A program made the translations under genes and the position numbers. 64,000 nt of DNA from a virus (taxonomy: Duplodnaviria; Caudoviricetes). The notes below the pieces were generated by a model. The model searched no databases and was not told the origin of the DNA. It worked only from the letters and a program-made list of their open reading frames with translations. The stretch's first letter is position 1, and each line of letters opens with the position of its first letter. Positions 8,712 through 17,542 of this stretch are shown here, piece by piece. The stretch spans positions 1,681-65,680 of IMG/VR virus record IMGVR_UViG_3300009183_000091; one strand, given 5' to 3'.

Positions 8712-8855
8712 ATGAAAGCAGTAGTAAAATGGTTATTTAGTTTAGATGAAGGACAAGCCTTTTCAGCTGGGATGCTATTTGGTGTAGGATTTGGAGTACT
8801 ATTATCAGTTCTTTTTTATTTTCATAAAAAATGGAAAGATTACTATAAGCATTAA
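8712..8855 (+). CDS. 47-aa membrane peptide, member of the MKTAVE array (not in ORF track)
   Basis: MKAVVKWLF...hydrophobic stretch. Confidence 0.55.
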   Translation: MKAVVKWLFSLDEGQAFSAGMLFGVGFGVLLSVLFYFHKKWKDYYKH

Positions 8856-8873
8856 CCTTTAAATCAGAATAGA

Positions 8874-9101
8874 ATGAAAACAGCAGTAGAATTAGTGAAA
8901 AAATGTCAGGACAGAATGAAGTCCATAAGAGATAAAATTGAAACTAAAAGAAAATCTAAAAAAGTATACAGTGAGGAAGAAGTAGTTGCATTACTGGAGT
9001 ATGTAAGAGGAAACTTTTATGACACTGGATTAAAATGGCACTCACAACCAGATACAGATTATACTTCAAGAGAATTACTTGAACAATTTAAAAATAAATA
9101 G
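8874..9101 (+). CDS. MKTAVE-family modular small protein
   Basis: MKTAVE..YSEEEV..EQFK. Confidence 0.7.
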   Translation: MKTAVELVKKCQDRMKSIRDKIETKRKSKKVYSEEEVVALLEYVRGNFYDTGLKWHSQPDTDYTSRELLEQFKNK

Positions 9102-9104
9102 AAT

Positions 9105-9371
9105 ATGAAAACAGCAGTAGAATGGTTACAACAAGAAGTTATATTACAAACTAATTTACCATTAAATTTAGAAAATGTATTGGTATTTAATAAATTAATT
9201 GAACAAGCCAAAGAAATGGAGAAATCTCAGCATGAAAGAATGTATAGTGAGGAAGAAGTTTATAGTCTTTTAGAACAATCAATGAAAGATTGTTATTTAT
9301 GGGAATTAGAAGGACATTATTCAGGAGATTATAAAAATTTAAAAGAATGGTTTGAACAATTTAAAAAATAA
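9105..9371 (+). CDS. MKTAVE-family modular small protein
   Basis: MKTAVEWL..IEQAKEMEK..YSEEEV..EQFKK. Confidence 0.7.
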   Translation: MKTAVEWLQQEVILQTNLPLNLENVLVFNKLIEQAKEMEKSQHERMYSEEEVYSLLEQSMKDCYLWELEGHYSGDYKNLKEWFEQFKK

Positions 9372-9377
9372 AGAAAT

Positions 9378-9626
9378 ATGAAAACAGCAGTAGAATGGTT
9401 ATTTGAGCAATATGTAAACAAAGGTATTATTACTTTAGAAGACATTGAACAAGCCAAACAAATGGAGAAAGAGCAGATAATAAATTGTTGTATTCAAACA
9501 ACTCAAGACTGTTATATTGCAATAATGGGGCATTTAAACGCACCGTTACAATTTACGGATGAAGATTTGAGTAATCAAAAACTTGAAGCTGAACAATACT
9601 ACAACGAAACATTTAAATCAGAATAG
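9378..9626 (+). CDS. MKTAVE-family modular small protein
   Basis: MKTAVEWL..IEQAKQMEK..YYNETFKSE. Confidence 0.7.
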   Translation: MKTAVEWLFEQYVNKGIITLEDIEQAKQMEKEQIINCCIQTTQDCYIAIMGHLNAPLQFTDEDLSNQKLEAEQYYNETFKSE

Positions 9627-9627
9627 A

Positions 9628-9879
9628 ATGAAAATTAGATTTCACTTAATAGATAATGATGTGGAACATTTGATGTATATGTATGGAAGTAATTACATTC
9701 CAAATATAGGTGAGGATGTTTTATTTAGTGATTTAAAAAATGATGTTTGCATACATGAATTAGCCAAAGTCTTAGGAAAATATTATACGATTCATGAAGA
9801 CGAATTAACTATTGAATGTCAAATTTATGATCAACCAAATGATTATGGCTATTCACAATTTAAAAAATATAACGGATAA
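9628..9879 (+). CDS. hypothetical protein (start moved to 9628)
   Basis: MKIRFH.. follows the TTTAAATCAGAATAGA junction motif. Confidence 0.6.
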   Translation: MKIRFHLIDNDVEHLMYMYGSNYIPNIGEDVLFSDLKNDVCIHELAKVLGKYYTIHEDELTIECQIYDQPNDYGYSQFKKYNG

Positions 9880-9892
9880 ATCAGAATAAATA

Positions 9893-10060
9893 ATGAATAA
9901 AAAAGAGAATGGGAGCGCAACATCCCACAACAAGGCAACCTTACAAGCTGAGGCTAACAAGAACAAATTAGTTATAGACAAGTCAGTGTTTGTTAAGACA
10001 TCAGAAGAAAAAGAAAGATTAAAAATCGCTAAGGCAGAGTATAAATTAAAAAATAAGTAA
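9893..10060 (+). CDS. 55-aa basic hypothetical protein (not in ORF track)
   Basis: MNKKENG...KLKNK, stop 1 nt before the next ATG. Confidence 0.5.
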   Translation: MNKKENGSATSHNKATLQAEANKNKLVIDKSVFVKTSEEKERLKIAKAEYKLKNK

Positions 10061-10061
10061 A

Positions 10062-10886
10062 ATGAATTTAAAAGAATTATCAAGACCATTAGACATTTCT
10101 GACATAGACTTCAGAGTACAATCTATTAACGCTAAAGGGTACGCTACGATACTAGCATACAAAGATTCAAGAGTTGATATGAATAGATTAGATGAAGTAG
10201 TTGGACATACAGGATGGCAAAAGAGATACGAACTTATTAACGGCAATCTATTCTGTTCAGTAGGCGTGTATGACAAAGACAACAATCAATGGATATGGAA
10301 ACAAGATGTAGGTACAGAGTCAATGACTGAGAAAGAAAAAGGTCAGGCATCTGATGCATTCAAACGTGCATGCTTTAATTGGGGTATAGGTCGTGAGCTT
10401 TATGAGTACCCAATCATATCTATTCCTCTTGTACTAGATTCTGAGTATGAAATGTCATCAGGTAAACCAAGACAAAAATGGGGATTAAAGCTAAGAGATT
10501 GGAAATGGCATACTCAATTTACAGATGGTAAGATTAATTACCTGGCATGTAAAGATACTAATGGTAAGCTAAGATTTCAATGGGGTACGTTTGTTAAGGA
10601 AGTTACCGTACAACCTACCGTACAACCTACTGTAAAAGCAACTAAGAAAGTTGTTGATCCAGATGCTAACATCGAAGGCTTCTTGAAGAAGAAAGATGAA
10701 GAAGTTTCTATTGTGCTAACACCATTAGAGTCTGCTTTACAAGAGTTAAGCGAGATAACAAGCATTGAGCAACTTAAAGCATGGGCTAAGCCTAAGGCTC
10801 TAGAGCTAGAGAAAGAAGGCTCAGATGTGGCAGAGATGTTTAAGTTAGCGTGTAATAATTATGTAGTAAAATTAAGTAAGAAATAA
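10062..10886 (+). CDS. Sak/Rad52-like single-strand annealing recombinase
   Basis: LAYKDSRVDMNRLDEVVG..W; EKGQASDAFKRACFNWGIGRELY. Confidence 0.85.
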   Translation: MNLKELSRPLDISDIDFRVQSINAKGYATILAYKDSRVDMNRLDEVVGHTGWQKRYELINGNLFCSVGVYDKDNNQWIWKQDVGTESMTEKEKGQASDAFKRACFNWGIGRELYEYPIISIPLVLDSEYEMSSGKPRQKWGLKLRDWKWHTQFTDGKINYLACKDTNGKLRFQWGTFVKEVTVQPTVQPTVKATKKVVDPDANIEGFLKKKDEEVSIVLTPLESALQELSEITSIEQLKAWAKPKALELEKEGSDVAEMFKLACNNYVVKLSKK

Positions 10887-10887
10887 G

Positions 10888-11175
10888 ATGGACAAGGAAA
10901 CATATTTAGCTAATCGTGAGCATCTTAAAAACTCTATAAAAGAATTAGAGGAATTAAAAAATGAAATAAGAGATCAATATATTGAAGAATGTCGCCCATG
11001 TAATCCTGGAGATATGATTGAGATAATAAGACAATCAGGAAGTAAAATAACAGGAGTGGCCAAAACATTTAGAATACTACAAGATCAAAACGTTTATGTT
11101 GATTCTATAGATGTAGGTAAATCAAAAAAAGTTTATTTTTCCCAGCCATATAAATCATTAAGAATTTTAAATTAA
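10888..11175 (+). CDS. hypothetical protein
   Basis: 95-aa ORF, translationally coupled. Confidence 0.65.
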   Translation: MDKETYLANREHLKNSIKELEELKNEIRDQYIEECRPCNPGDMIEIIRQSGSKITGVAKTFRILQDQNVYVDSIDVGKSKKVYFSQPYKSLRILN

Positions 11176-11180
11176 AAGAT

Positions 11181-11621
11181 ATGACAAAGATATTTGAAGA
11201 GGTATTCATTACCAAAGATACAATCAGACAAACAGCAATAGCATTTATTGCAGAGAACACTGATCCAATAGATGCCTACGTTAAAGGTAAAGAACTAGAA
11301 GAGATAGCAAAAGAAATCCTCGCTGAGTGTAAGCAATCTGCTATAGATTCACTATCAGAAGATAAAAAAGTTCAACACAATGGCTGCTGGATCTCCAAAA
11401 AAGCATTAGCTCCTACTTATGACTTCTCAACCAATCCTGAGTGGGTAGAGTTAAACTTTAAAATTAAGCAATTAGAAGCCGATAGAAAGAAGATGGAGGT
11501 GTTAATGATAGAAGCATCTAAGTACGGTGAGTTAAAGGACGCAGAGGGCAGGAAAATAACTCCTGCGAAGGTTTCTAAAGAAGCTGGAGTAACTATTCAA
11601 GTAACAATACCAAAAGAGTAA
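11181..11621 (+). CDS. hypothetical protein near the recombinase
   Basis: 146 aa, TYDFS..EWVEL coiled-coil pattern. Confidence 0.65.
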   Translation: MTKIFEEVFITKDTIRQTAIAFIAENTDPIDAYVKGKELEEIAKEILAECKQSAIDSLSEDKKVQHNGCWISKKALAPTYDFSTNPEWVELNFKIKQLEADRKKMEVLMIEASKYGELKDAEGRKITPAKVSKEAGVTIQVTIPKE

Positions 11622-12166
11622 TGGAGACACCATCAATGTTAGATACCGTAAAAATGATACGGTGCGTACTAAAAATATCATCAGCATTCAATGATCTTGA
11701 TAGCATCATCTACGAGAAAAAGTATTTCAAGTATAACTTTAAGAAAGAAGCCAGGAAGTGGTTAGAGGTAATGGAATCTCATACTAAGTCAATGATGGAT
11801 GGTATGTCAGATGAAAATCCTGAGATACTTGACGATCTATACAAATCATTTGAAGAATCATTACTTAAAGTTCAGTTAGACAAGGAAGAGAAAGAGCCAT
11901 TGATTAGGTTTTATATTAAGCTAAAGAGCTGCCTTAACGATATAGAGTCAATGGAAGAAGGTAAACAAAGGTTAGCCCCTATAATTATTAAGTTAATGAC
12001 TGAGCCTGTTGTGTATTGGATTGAGAAACAGTATATAAAAATAATAAATACAGTTGATAAAAATGGTATGTATGTCTACGAACTTATAGATTTTTTAGAT
12101 AACTTTGGCCAATCCGTAGCTTACCTAGAAAATGATGAACACAATGATGATGGGAAAAATACTTAG
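11621..12166 (+). CDS. hypothetical helical protein
   Basis: 181-aa ORF, TAATG overlap. Confidence 0.65.
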   Translation: METPSMLDTVKMIRCVLKISSAFNDLDSIIYEKKYFKYNFKKEARKWLEVMESHTKSMMDGMSDENPEILDDLYKSFEESLLKVQLDKEEKEPLIRFYIKLKSCLNDIESMEEGKQRLAPIIIKLMTEPVVYWIEKQYIKIINTVDKNGMYVYELIDFLDNFGQSVAYLENDEHNDDGKNT

Positions 12167-12323
12167 CCTAGCAATAGGATTCTTAATGATTGCTATAATG
12201 TATTCAGTGTATGTTGAATCAGAACATGAAGATACACCTGGATCTCAGTTAAGAAGATTCACTCTTTTATACTGTATCATAACATCATTTATACTAGGTA
12301 TTATTGTTAATTTAAACGTTTAA
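12132..12323 (+). CDS. small two-TM membrane protein
   Basis: Two hydrophobic segments. Confidence 0.6.
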   Translation: MMNTMMMGKILSLAIGFLMIAIMYSVYVESEHEDTPGSQLRRFTLLYCIITSFILGIIVNLNV

Positions 12324-12325
12324 TA

Positions 12326-12622
12326 ATGAAAAAATTAAATAAGGTAGAGCAATCAATATGGGATTGCTTAGTAGAACTATACGCTAACTCAACTCCTCCA
12401 GCAGATTTTAATAAGTTAGTTGAAGAAGCTGAAACAAATGACGAAGGACAAAAGGTAATTCACTTTATGGATTACGAGATAGAAAGGGGACAGATGGAAG
12501 AGATAGTTGATAAACATAGAAGTAAACTTCTTAAAGGTTCAAGAAATAAACGCTTGCATGAGCAGACATTTAACTTCAGTATCTATCTTGGCTGCTCCCC
12601 GAAAACAAAAACAATAGACTAA
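12326..12622 (+). CDS. hypothetical protein
   Basis: 98 aa ending YLGCSPK. Confidence 0.65.
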   Translation: MKKLNKVEQSIWDCLVELYANSTPPADFNKLVEEAETNDEGQKVIHFMDYEIERGQMEEIVDKHRSKLLKGSRNKRLHEQTFNFSIYLGCSPKTKTID

Positions 12623-12687
12623 TTACTAACGCTGGGCGTGACTAGCTACGAAAGTGGCTGGTCATTCTGCCCTCTAAACTTTACAAC

Positions 12688-13002
12688 ATGAGCTGGCATC
12701 ATTGGATAGAAGAACATCATCCAGAAGCGGACATAAACTACGATTACTTACTTGAATTAGCAATAAGTAGTTATAGCTTAATGAAGAAGTCAAGGAAGAT
12801 GGGCCACATAGATAGAGTCCATTACATAATAATGTGGTGGTACAAACATAAACATAAGTTTAAAACATATAACACTACAGTAAAGCTAGGTATAGCATTA
12901 GAGATTCATCACGCTACAGTAATTCATTACTATAAACGTAGAAAAATATCAAGAATATACGAAGAAGAAACAAAATGTATTAAAGACTTTATAGAAAGCT
13001 AA
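12688..13002 (+). CDS. DnaA C-terminal-like HTH DNA-binding protein
   Basis: LGIALEIHHATVIHY resembles the DnaA domain IV signature; coupled to dnaB. Confidence 0.6.
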   Translation: MSWHHWIEEHHPEADINYDYLLELAISSYSLMKKSRKMGHIDRVHYIIMWWYKHKHKFKTYNTTVKLGIALEIHHATVIHYYKRRKISRIYEEETKCIKDFIES

Positions 13003-14381
13003 TGAGCATACAGATAAGAGCAGAGAAAATAATCATACATGATATACTTGTCAACCCAGGTGACATGCATAAAATCATGGAGAAAATTGATACTACCATG
13101 ATCACTGACCCTGTGAACAAGGCCGTATTTGAAGCTATCACATCTCTGTATTTATCTCAAGAAGCAGTTAACACTACATCTTTATTCCATGAGGTATGTA
13201 AACTTAAATCAATAGCAGCAAAGAAAGCAGCATCAGAGATAAGCTCCTTAATAGCGGTAAGTCCAGGGAAAGAAGAGCTTAAAGATGCTATGAACTTAGT
13301 GGTATCAGAAACGATTAGAAACGAACATGTTACATTGTCTCAGACAATATCCAATATGGCTAGTCAACCAGACTATGATCCAGGTAATATACTTAATCTA
13401 TTACAGGACCACATCACAAATAACAAGTACAAGTCTATACTCAACAAGAAAAGCTATGACAATCAAACCCTACTAAATGAGTTAGAGGAGAAGATGAAGA
13501 TAGCAGCGGACAGTAGTGGAGTATCAGGGATTCGCACTGGCTATCATAAGTTTGATGAGATTACTTCTGGTATGCAACCAACTAACCTTATCATCGTAGC
13601 CGCAAGGCCTGGTGCTGGTAAAACTCAGATGGGACTTGGTATAATGAAGACAGCATCCATAAGAGGTAACAAAAAAGGTTTGTTTATATCATGCGAGATG
13701 GATGAGGTTCAAGTAATGAAGAGACTAATAGCCGTTGACTCAGGTGTTGAAGGTTATTCAATTAAGAAAGGAAAGCTATCCCCAACAGAAAGAGGTAGGT
13801 TCGAGCGATCTAAAAGAAGAATAGCAAATTCAGGCGTTAAGATTGTAGGTGGAGCATTCACAATAACAGATGTTATCACGATGGTTTACAAAATGAAATA
13901 CTCAGAAGGATTGGATTATGTAGTAGTTGATTACATACAGAAGATTACAAGCCCTGGGGCGCAGAATAGAACCAATGAGGTAGGTGATGTATCAAGAAAG
14001 CTAAAAGATATGGCAAATGAGCTTAAAATACCTGTAGTGGCCCTTGCTCAGCTGTCTAGAGCAGTGGAGATGAGAACGGATAAGAGGCCTATCCTAAGTG
14101 ACCTTAGAGAATCAGGAGATATAGAGCAAGATGCTGACATCGTAGCATTCCTTTACAGGCCTGCTTATTACTTGCCAGGAAACGAGAGAGACACTAGTCC
14201 ACTAGCGAAACAAGCATTTGTTTACTTGGCTAAGCATAGAGATGGTGAGTTAGCAGATATAGAGCTAGAGTTTGAATCAGATATTCCAGCATGGAGAAAT
14301 CCTAATGAGATTGGAGATTATGATGAAGAGGTAGTTCAATCTACTATACAAAGATTTGACAATGAAAACTATATATTTTAA
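13002..14381 (+). CDS. dnaB: replicative DnaB-family helicase
   Basis: Walker A AARPGAGKT, SCEM, VVVDYIQ, LAQLSR, SDLRESGDIEQDAD, KHRDG. Confidence 0.95.
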   Translation: MSIQIRAEKIIIHDILVNPGDMHKIMEKIDTTMITDPVNKAVFEAITSLYLSQEAVNTTSLFHEVCKLKSIAAKKAASEISSLIAVSPGKEELKDAMNLVVSETIRNEHVTLSQTISNMASQPDYDPGNILNLLQDHITNNKYKSILNKKSYDNQTLLNELEEKMKIAADSSGVSGIRTGYHKFDEITSGMQPTNLIIVAARPGAGKTQMGLGIMKTASIRGNKKGLFISCEMDEVQVMKRLIAVDSGVEGYSIKKGKLSPTERGRFERSKRRIANSGVKIVGGAFTITDVITMVYKMKYSEGLDYVVVDYIQKITSPGAQNRTNEVGDVSRKLKDMANELKIPVVALAQLSRAVEMRTDKRPILSDLRESGDIEQDADIVAFLYRPAYYLPGNERDTSPLAKQAFVYLAKHRDGELADIELEFESDIPAWRNPNEIGDYDEEVVQSTIQRFDNENYIF

Positions 14382-14383
14382 TT

Positions 14384-14848
14384 ATGTACGAAAAGAATGT
14401 AGAACTATTCAAAGGAGTAGAAAGAAAGTTTGCTAAGGCAATAGATACAATGGGTAAGGTTGGCTTCTCAACAAAGGAACAAGATATGCATGAGCATTGG
14501 GATGTATCACTTACCATGCAGATTGATGTCAAGGCTATGAAGAAAAAACATAGGGGAGACGAGACTACCAATGAAAATATCCACTATGTAGAGTTGAAAA
14601 ATGTTTTAGGTAATCCTGGTTGGTTGTATGGTGAAGCTCACTACTTTGCCTTTGAGCTAGAGGATTATTGGTTAATGGTTGATAAGATTAGGTTACAGGA
14701 GTTTATTAAAGATAAATGTGCGTCCAAAGAATGGTCAGAGATACCTGATTTTTACAAACTCACTCAAAGAAAAACAAGACAAGACATAATTACTCTTGTA
14801 AAAACAATAGATTTAATGTTTATTTGTGATAAAATTATAAAGAAATGA
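14384..14848 (+). CDS. putative PD-(D/E)XK-fold nuclease
   Basis: HWD..IDVKA and ELKN..GWLYG motifs. Confidence 0.55.
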   Translation: MYEKNVELFKGVERKFAKAIDTMGKVGFSTKEQDMHEHWDVSLTMQIDVKAMKKKHRGDETTNENIHYVELKNVLGNPGWLYGEAHYFAFELEDYWLMVDKIRLQEFIKDKCASKEWSEIPDFYKLTQRKTRQDIITLVKTIDLMFICDKIIKK

Positions 14849-15090
14849 AAACACCAGAAGAAAAAGCTACAGAAATATTCATCGAGTATTACAGATGGGT
14901 ACGAATAATGGGATTCAATATTGAAGCCGAAAAACTATTAGATGCAATAGCTATAGATATGGCCTTAACATCTGTTAACTTCACCCTAGATAGTCACAAC
15001 ACTAAGGATGAGATAATATATTGGAGTCAAGTAAAGAAGTCACTAATCAGTAAGTTACCAAACGGTAAGTTACCAGACAGTAAGCTATGA
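14845..15090 (+). CDS. small MxPxEKA-family protein
   Basis: MKTPEEKATE...YWSQVKKSL, similar to 62335-62550. Confidence 0.6.
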   Translation: MKTPEEKATEIFIEYYRWVRIMGFNIEAEKLLDAIAIDMALTSVNFTLDSHNTKDEIIYWSQVKKSLISKLPNGKLPDSKL

Positions 15091-15213
15091 GAAGAAGAAG
15101 AATAAATTTGAATAAAAAAGTTTTTAATAAGCTTGGTATATATTTTAGACGTAAATTTTTAAAACTAATAAAGTCAATAAGAGTAAAAAAAGATTATAGT
15201 CATCGCATCAATA

Positions 15214-15498
15214 ATGAGTTCGATTAATCCTGACATCTATTGTGTCAATGTTACACTAAGGGTAGTATTCCCTTCTAAGTCTAAATATATAGCCCCACAG
15301 GTTCGTAAAATACTATTAGATAGAATACCTATGCTGCTACTAAATGAACAGCCGATACATAAAGAAAAAGAGAAGCTATATAGAAAAGTATTCGATGAAT
15401 ACATCCATAAAGGAGACTTCAGTAAATACAAATTCATTATAGATAATGTAGAAATAGTTAAATTTTTATCTAAAATTTGCTATGAATATACTTTTTGA
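15214..15498 (+). CDS. hypothetical protein
   Basis: 94-aa ORF. Confidence 0.6.
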   Translation: MSSINPDIYCVNVTLRVVFPSKSKYIAPQVRKILLDRIPMLLLNEQPIHKEKEKLYRKVFDEYIHKGDFSKYKFIIDNVEIVKFLSKICYEYTF

Positions 15499-15528
15499 TT
15501 ACATTTGCTAACCTTTAAATAAAATAGA

Positions 15529-16140
15529 ATGGAAAAACAATTATTACAAGTGCTTGATTTTCAGAATGCTTTTGGAATATCTAGCCCAGACAAACCTAAG
15601 ATGTTGTCTAAGAAAAGAGCTACACTAAGACAACGACTACTAGAAGAAGAAGTTGGAGAACTTAGAGAAGCCAAAAATACTATCGAAGTAGCTGATGCGC
15701 TTATTGATATTCTATACATTACGTGTGGAACAATCCATGAGTACGGACTAGGAGATAGAGCTGTAATACTATTTGATGAGGTTCACCGTTCTAACATGTC
15801 AAAGGTTGGTCCTGATGGTAAAGCTATCTTCAGGGCAGACGGTAAAGTAATGAAGCCTGAAACATATTCAGAGCCTAAGCTACAGCCAATAATTGAAAGA
15901 GACTTCTCTCTATACAAAGAAAGTGAAGTGCTTAAAGAATTAGCAGCTATATCAAAACAAGAAACAGAAGATGTTATTGTGGCTAAGATTAAAAACAAAT
16001 TGAAACTATTTGATAGATTTTTATTCTGGTTAAACATTAAAATAGAAGATAGATTGAAGAAGAAAATAGAAGTTAAGTTTCCTACTACTGTAGATGGACG
16101 AGTGATCGTTAAAGTTTATGACGAGGAATACGCAGTATGA
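15529..16140 (+). CDS. MazG-like / PRA-PH-like NTP pyrophosphohydrolase
   Basis: LLEEEVGEL..ADALIDILY..FDEVHRSNMSK..RADGKVMKP; TACATTTG promoter at 15500-15507. Confidence 0.85.
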   Translation: MEKQLLQVLDFQNAFGISSPDKPKMLSKKRATLRQRLLEEEVGELREAKNTIEVADALIDILYITCGTIHEYGLGDRAVILFDEVHRSNMSKVGPDGKAIFRADGKVMKPETYSEPKLQPIIERDFSLYKESEVLKELAAISKQETEDVIVAKIKNKLKLFDRFLFWLNIKIEDRLKKKIEVKFPTTVDGRVIVKVYDEEYAV

Positions 16141-16511
16141 TTAAGTACTCAAAATATGGCAATACAAAAATAGTTGTTGATGGAGTTAAGTTTGACTCTA
16201 AGATGGAGATGTATTGCTATGATTTACTTACTCAAATGAAATTTGAATTTGAATTTCAAAAAAAAATAATCCTTATAGATAGTTTTAAGTACAACAAGAA
16301 AGCAATAAGGCCAATTACATTAATTGTAGATTTCGTAATCACCCATGAAGGTATAGAGCATTACGTTGACATTAAGGGCTTCGCTACAGATGTATCTAAG
16401 ATTAAATATAAGATGCTACGTTATCAGCTTAAAGATAACCCAAAGACAGATGTTATATGGCTATATACAAAAAAATCCATATATCAATTTTTAATTAACT
16501 TAAAAGAATAA
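16137..16511 (+). CDS. DUF1064-family endonuclease
   Basis: SKYGN...DGVKFDSKME..Y; VDF..VDIKG. Confidence 0.8.
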   Translation: MIKYSKYGNTKIVVDGVKFDSKMEMYCYDLLTQMKFEFEFQKKIILIDSFKYNKKAIRPITLIVDFVITHEGIEHYVDIKGFATDVSKIKYKMLRYQLKDNPKTDVIWLYTKKSIYQFLINLKE

Positions 16512-16513
16512 AG

Positions 16514-16951
16514 ATGAGTGTAAACAAAGTGGTTTTATTAGGTAATGTCGGTTCAATAAACATTGTATCGTTTGACAATGGAGGTAAGATGGTTAATATC
16601 TCCGTAGCTACAACAGAAAGCTACAAGAAAGGTGAAGAGTGGATCAACAAAACAGAGTGGCATAGATGCTCTTGTGGAATCCCAGCAGTAGTAGAACGTG
16701 CTGACAGAATCAATAAAGGGGATATGGTTTACCTTGAAGGATCTATTGTTACTAGAACATGGGAGAAAGAAGGTGAGAAGAAAGAATCAAAAGAGATTTC
16801 CTTTAATAAAATTCAAGTAATTAGTAGAGGTAATAAATTAGAAGAAGAATCAGGAGAAGAATCATTCGTTCCTAAGACTAAGGCTGAGCCTAAATCAGCT
16901 AAGCAAGTATTAGCTAAGATGGATGACAATGATGATTTGCCTTTTAATTAG
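16514..16951 (+). CDS. ssb: single-stranded DNA-binding protein
   Basis: VNKVVLLGNVG, TEWHR, KGDMVYLEG, acidic DDLPF tail. Confidence 0.95.
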   Translation: MSVNKVVLLGNVGSINIVSFDNGGKMVNISVATTESYKKGEEWINKTEWHRCSCGIPAVVERADRINKGDMVYLEGSIVTRTWEKEGEKKESKEISFNKIQVISRGNKLEEESGEESFVPKTKAEPKSAKQVLAKMDDNDDLPFN

Positions 16952-16996
16952 GAGTTATAGTACCTCGTAATAAAAAACTAAAAAAAAATATAGATT

Positions 16997-17230
16997 ATGT
17001 CAAAATACATTGTAGATATTACACCAGAAGATATTGGTGAGATAATTCAGATGATACGTATTCAGCATTTCAAGATGCATGTAGATCCATTCGCAGAGAA
17101 GATAGGGGTAAAATCTAAGGTTGTTATCCAGGCAGAAGAAGGAAGAGGCCCACATGGAATACTATTATTGAAAAAGATAAATGATGTATTTCCTACTATA
17201 GGAGTTTCTCTAGAAATAGAGTTCAAGTAA
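16997..17230 (+). CDS. XRE-family HTH protein
   Basis: IGEIIQMIR..FAEKIGVKSKVVIQAEEG. Confidence 0.7.
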   Translation: MSKYIVDITPEDIGEIIQMIRIQHFKMHVDPFAEKIGVKSKVVIQAEEGRGPHGILLLKKINDVFPTIGVSLEIEFK

Positions 17231-17232
17231 TT

Positions 17233-17261
17233 AAGGGGGAGTGTAACAGCTCCCCTTTTTT
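17233..17261. terminator. intrinsic terminator between the converging early and late units
   Basis: AAGGGGGAG-TGTAACAG-CTCCCCTTTTTT. Confidence 0.8.
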
Positions 17262-17541
17262 ATTTAAAGAATTTTCTTTTCTTATCTGCTCTATTCTTAG
17301 ATTGATCTTGAGAAATAGTTTTAGTCTTTGATGTATGGGCGACATCGAGTCCATCGTGATTCCCATCAGTTCCATTCTTTCTATTGATTGCCTGTAATAT
17401 GGTACGATACTTACGTCTAGCAGGAGTACTATGATATTCTTTATTGTACTCATCTCGCTTCTTACGAGCATCAGGGTTCTCCTGATAGAACCTAGCTGTC
17501 CTACTCTTACCCTTCTTAGTTCCTGCTAACTTATTTCTCAT
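17260..17541 (-). CDS. small basic HNH-like protein (start moved to MRNKLAG)
   Basis: GNHDGLDVAH...SKNRA motif; TATCTTTG promoter at 17546-17553. Confidence 0.55.
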   Translation of the reverse strand: MRNKLAGTKKGKSRTARFYQENPDARKKRDEYNKEYHSTPARRKYRTILQAINRKNGTDGNHDGLDVAHTSKTKTISQDQSKNRADKKRKFFK

Positions 17542-17542
17542 A

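Noticed and set aside
8695-9895. CRISPR-like array
   Set aside because: Repeats are short, imperfect and separated by full ORFs of unequal length; no cas operon, and the Cas4-like nuclease at 56278 is a common stand-alone phage gene
12634-12672. Group II intron domain V
   Set aside because: Has a GAAA loop but lacks the AGC/CGC triad and bulge geometry; no maturase or other intron domains
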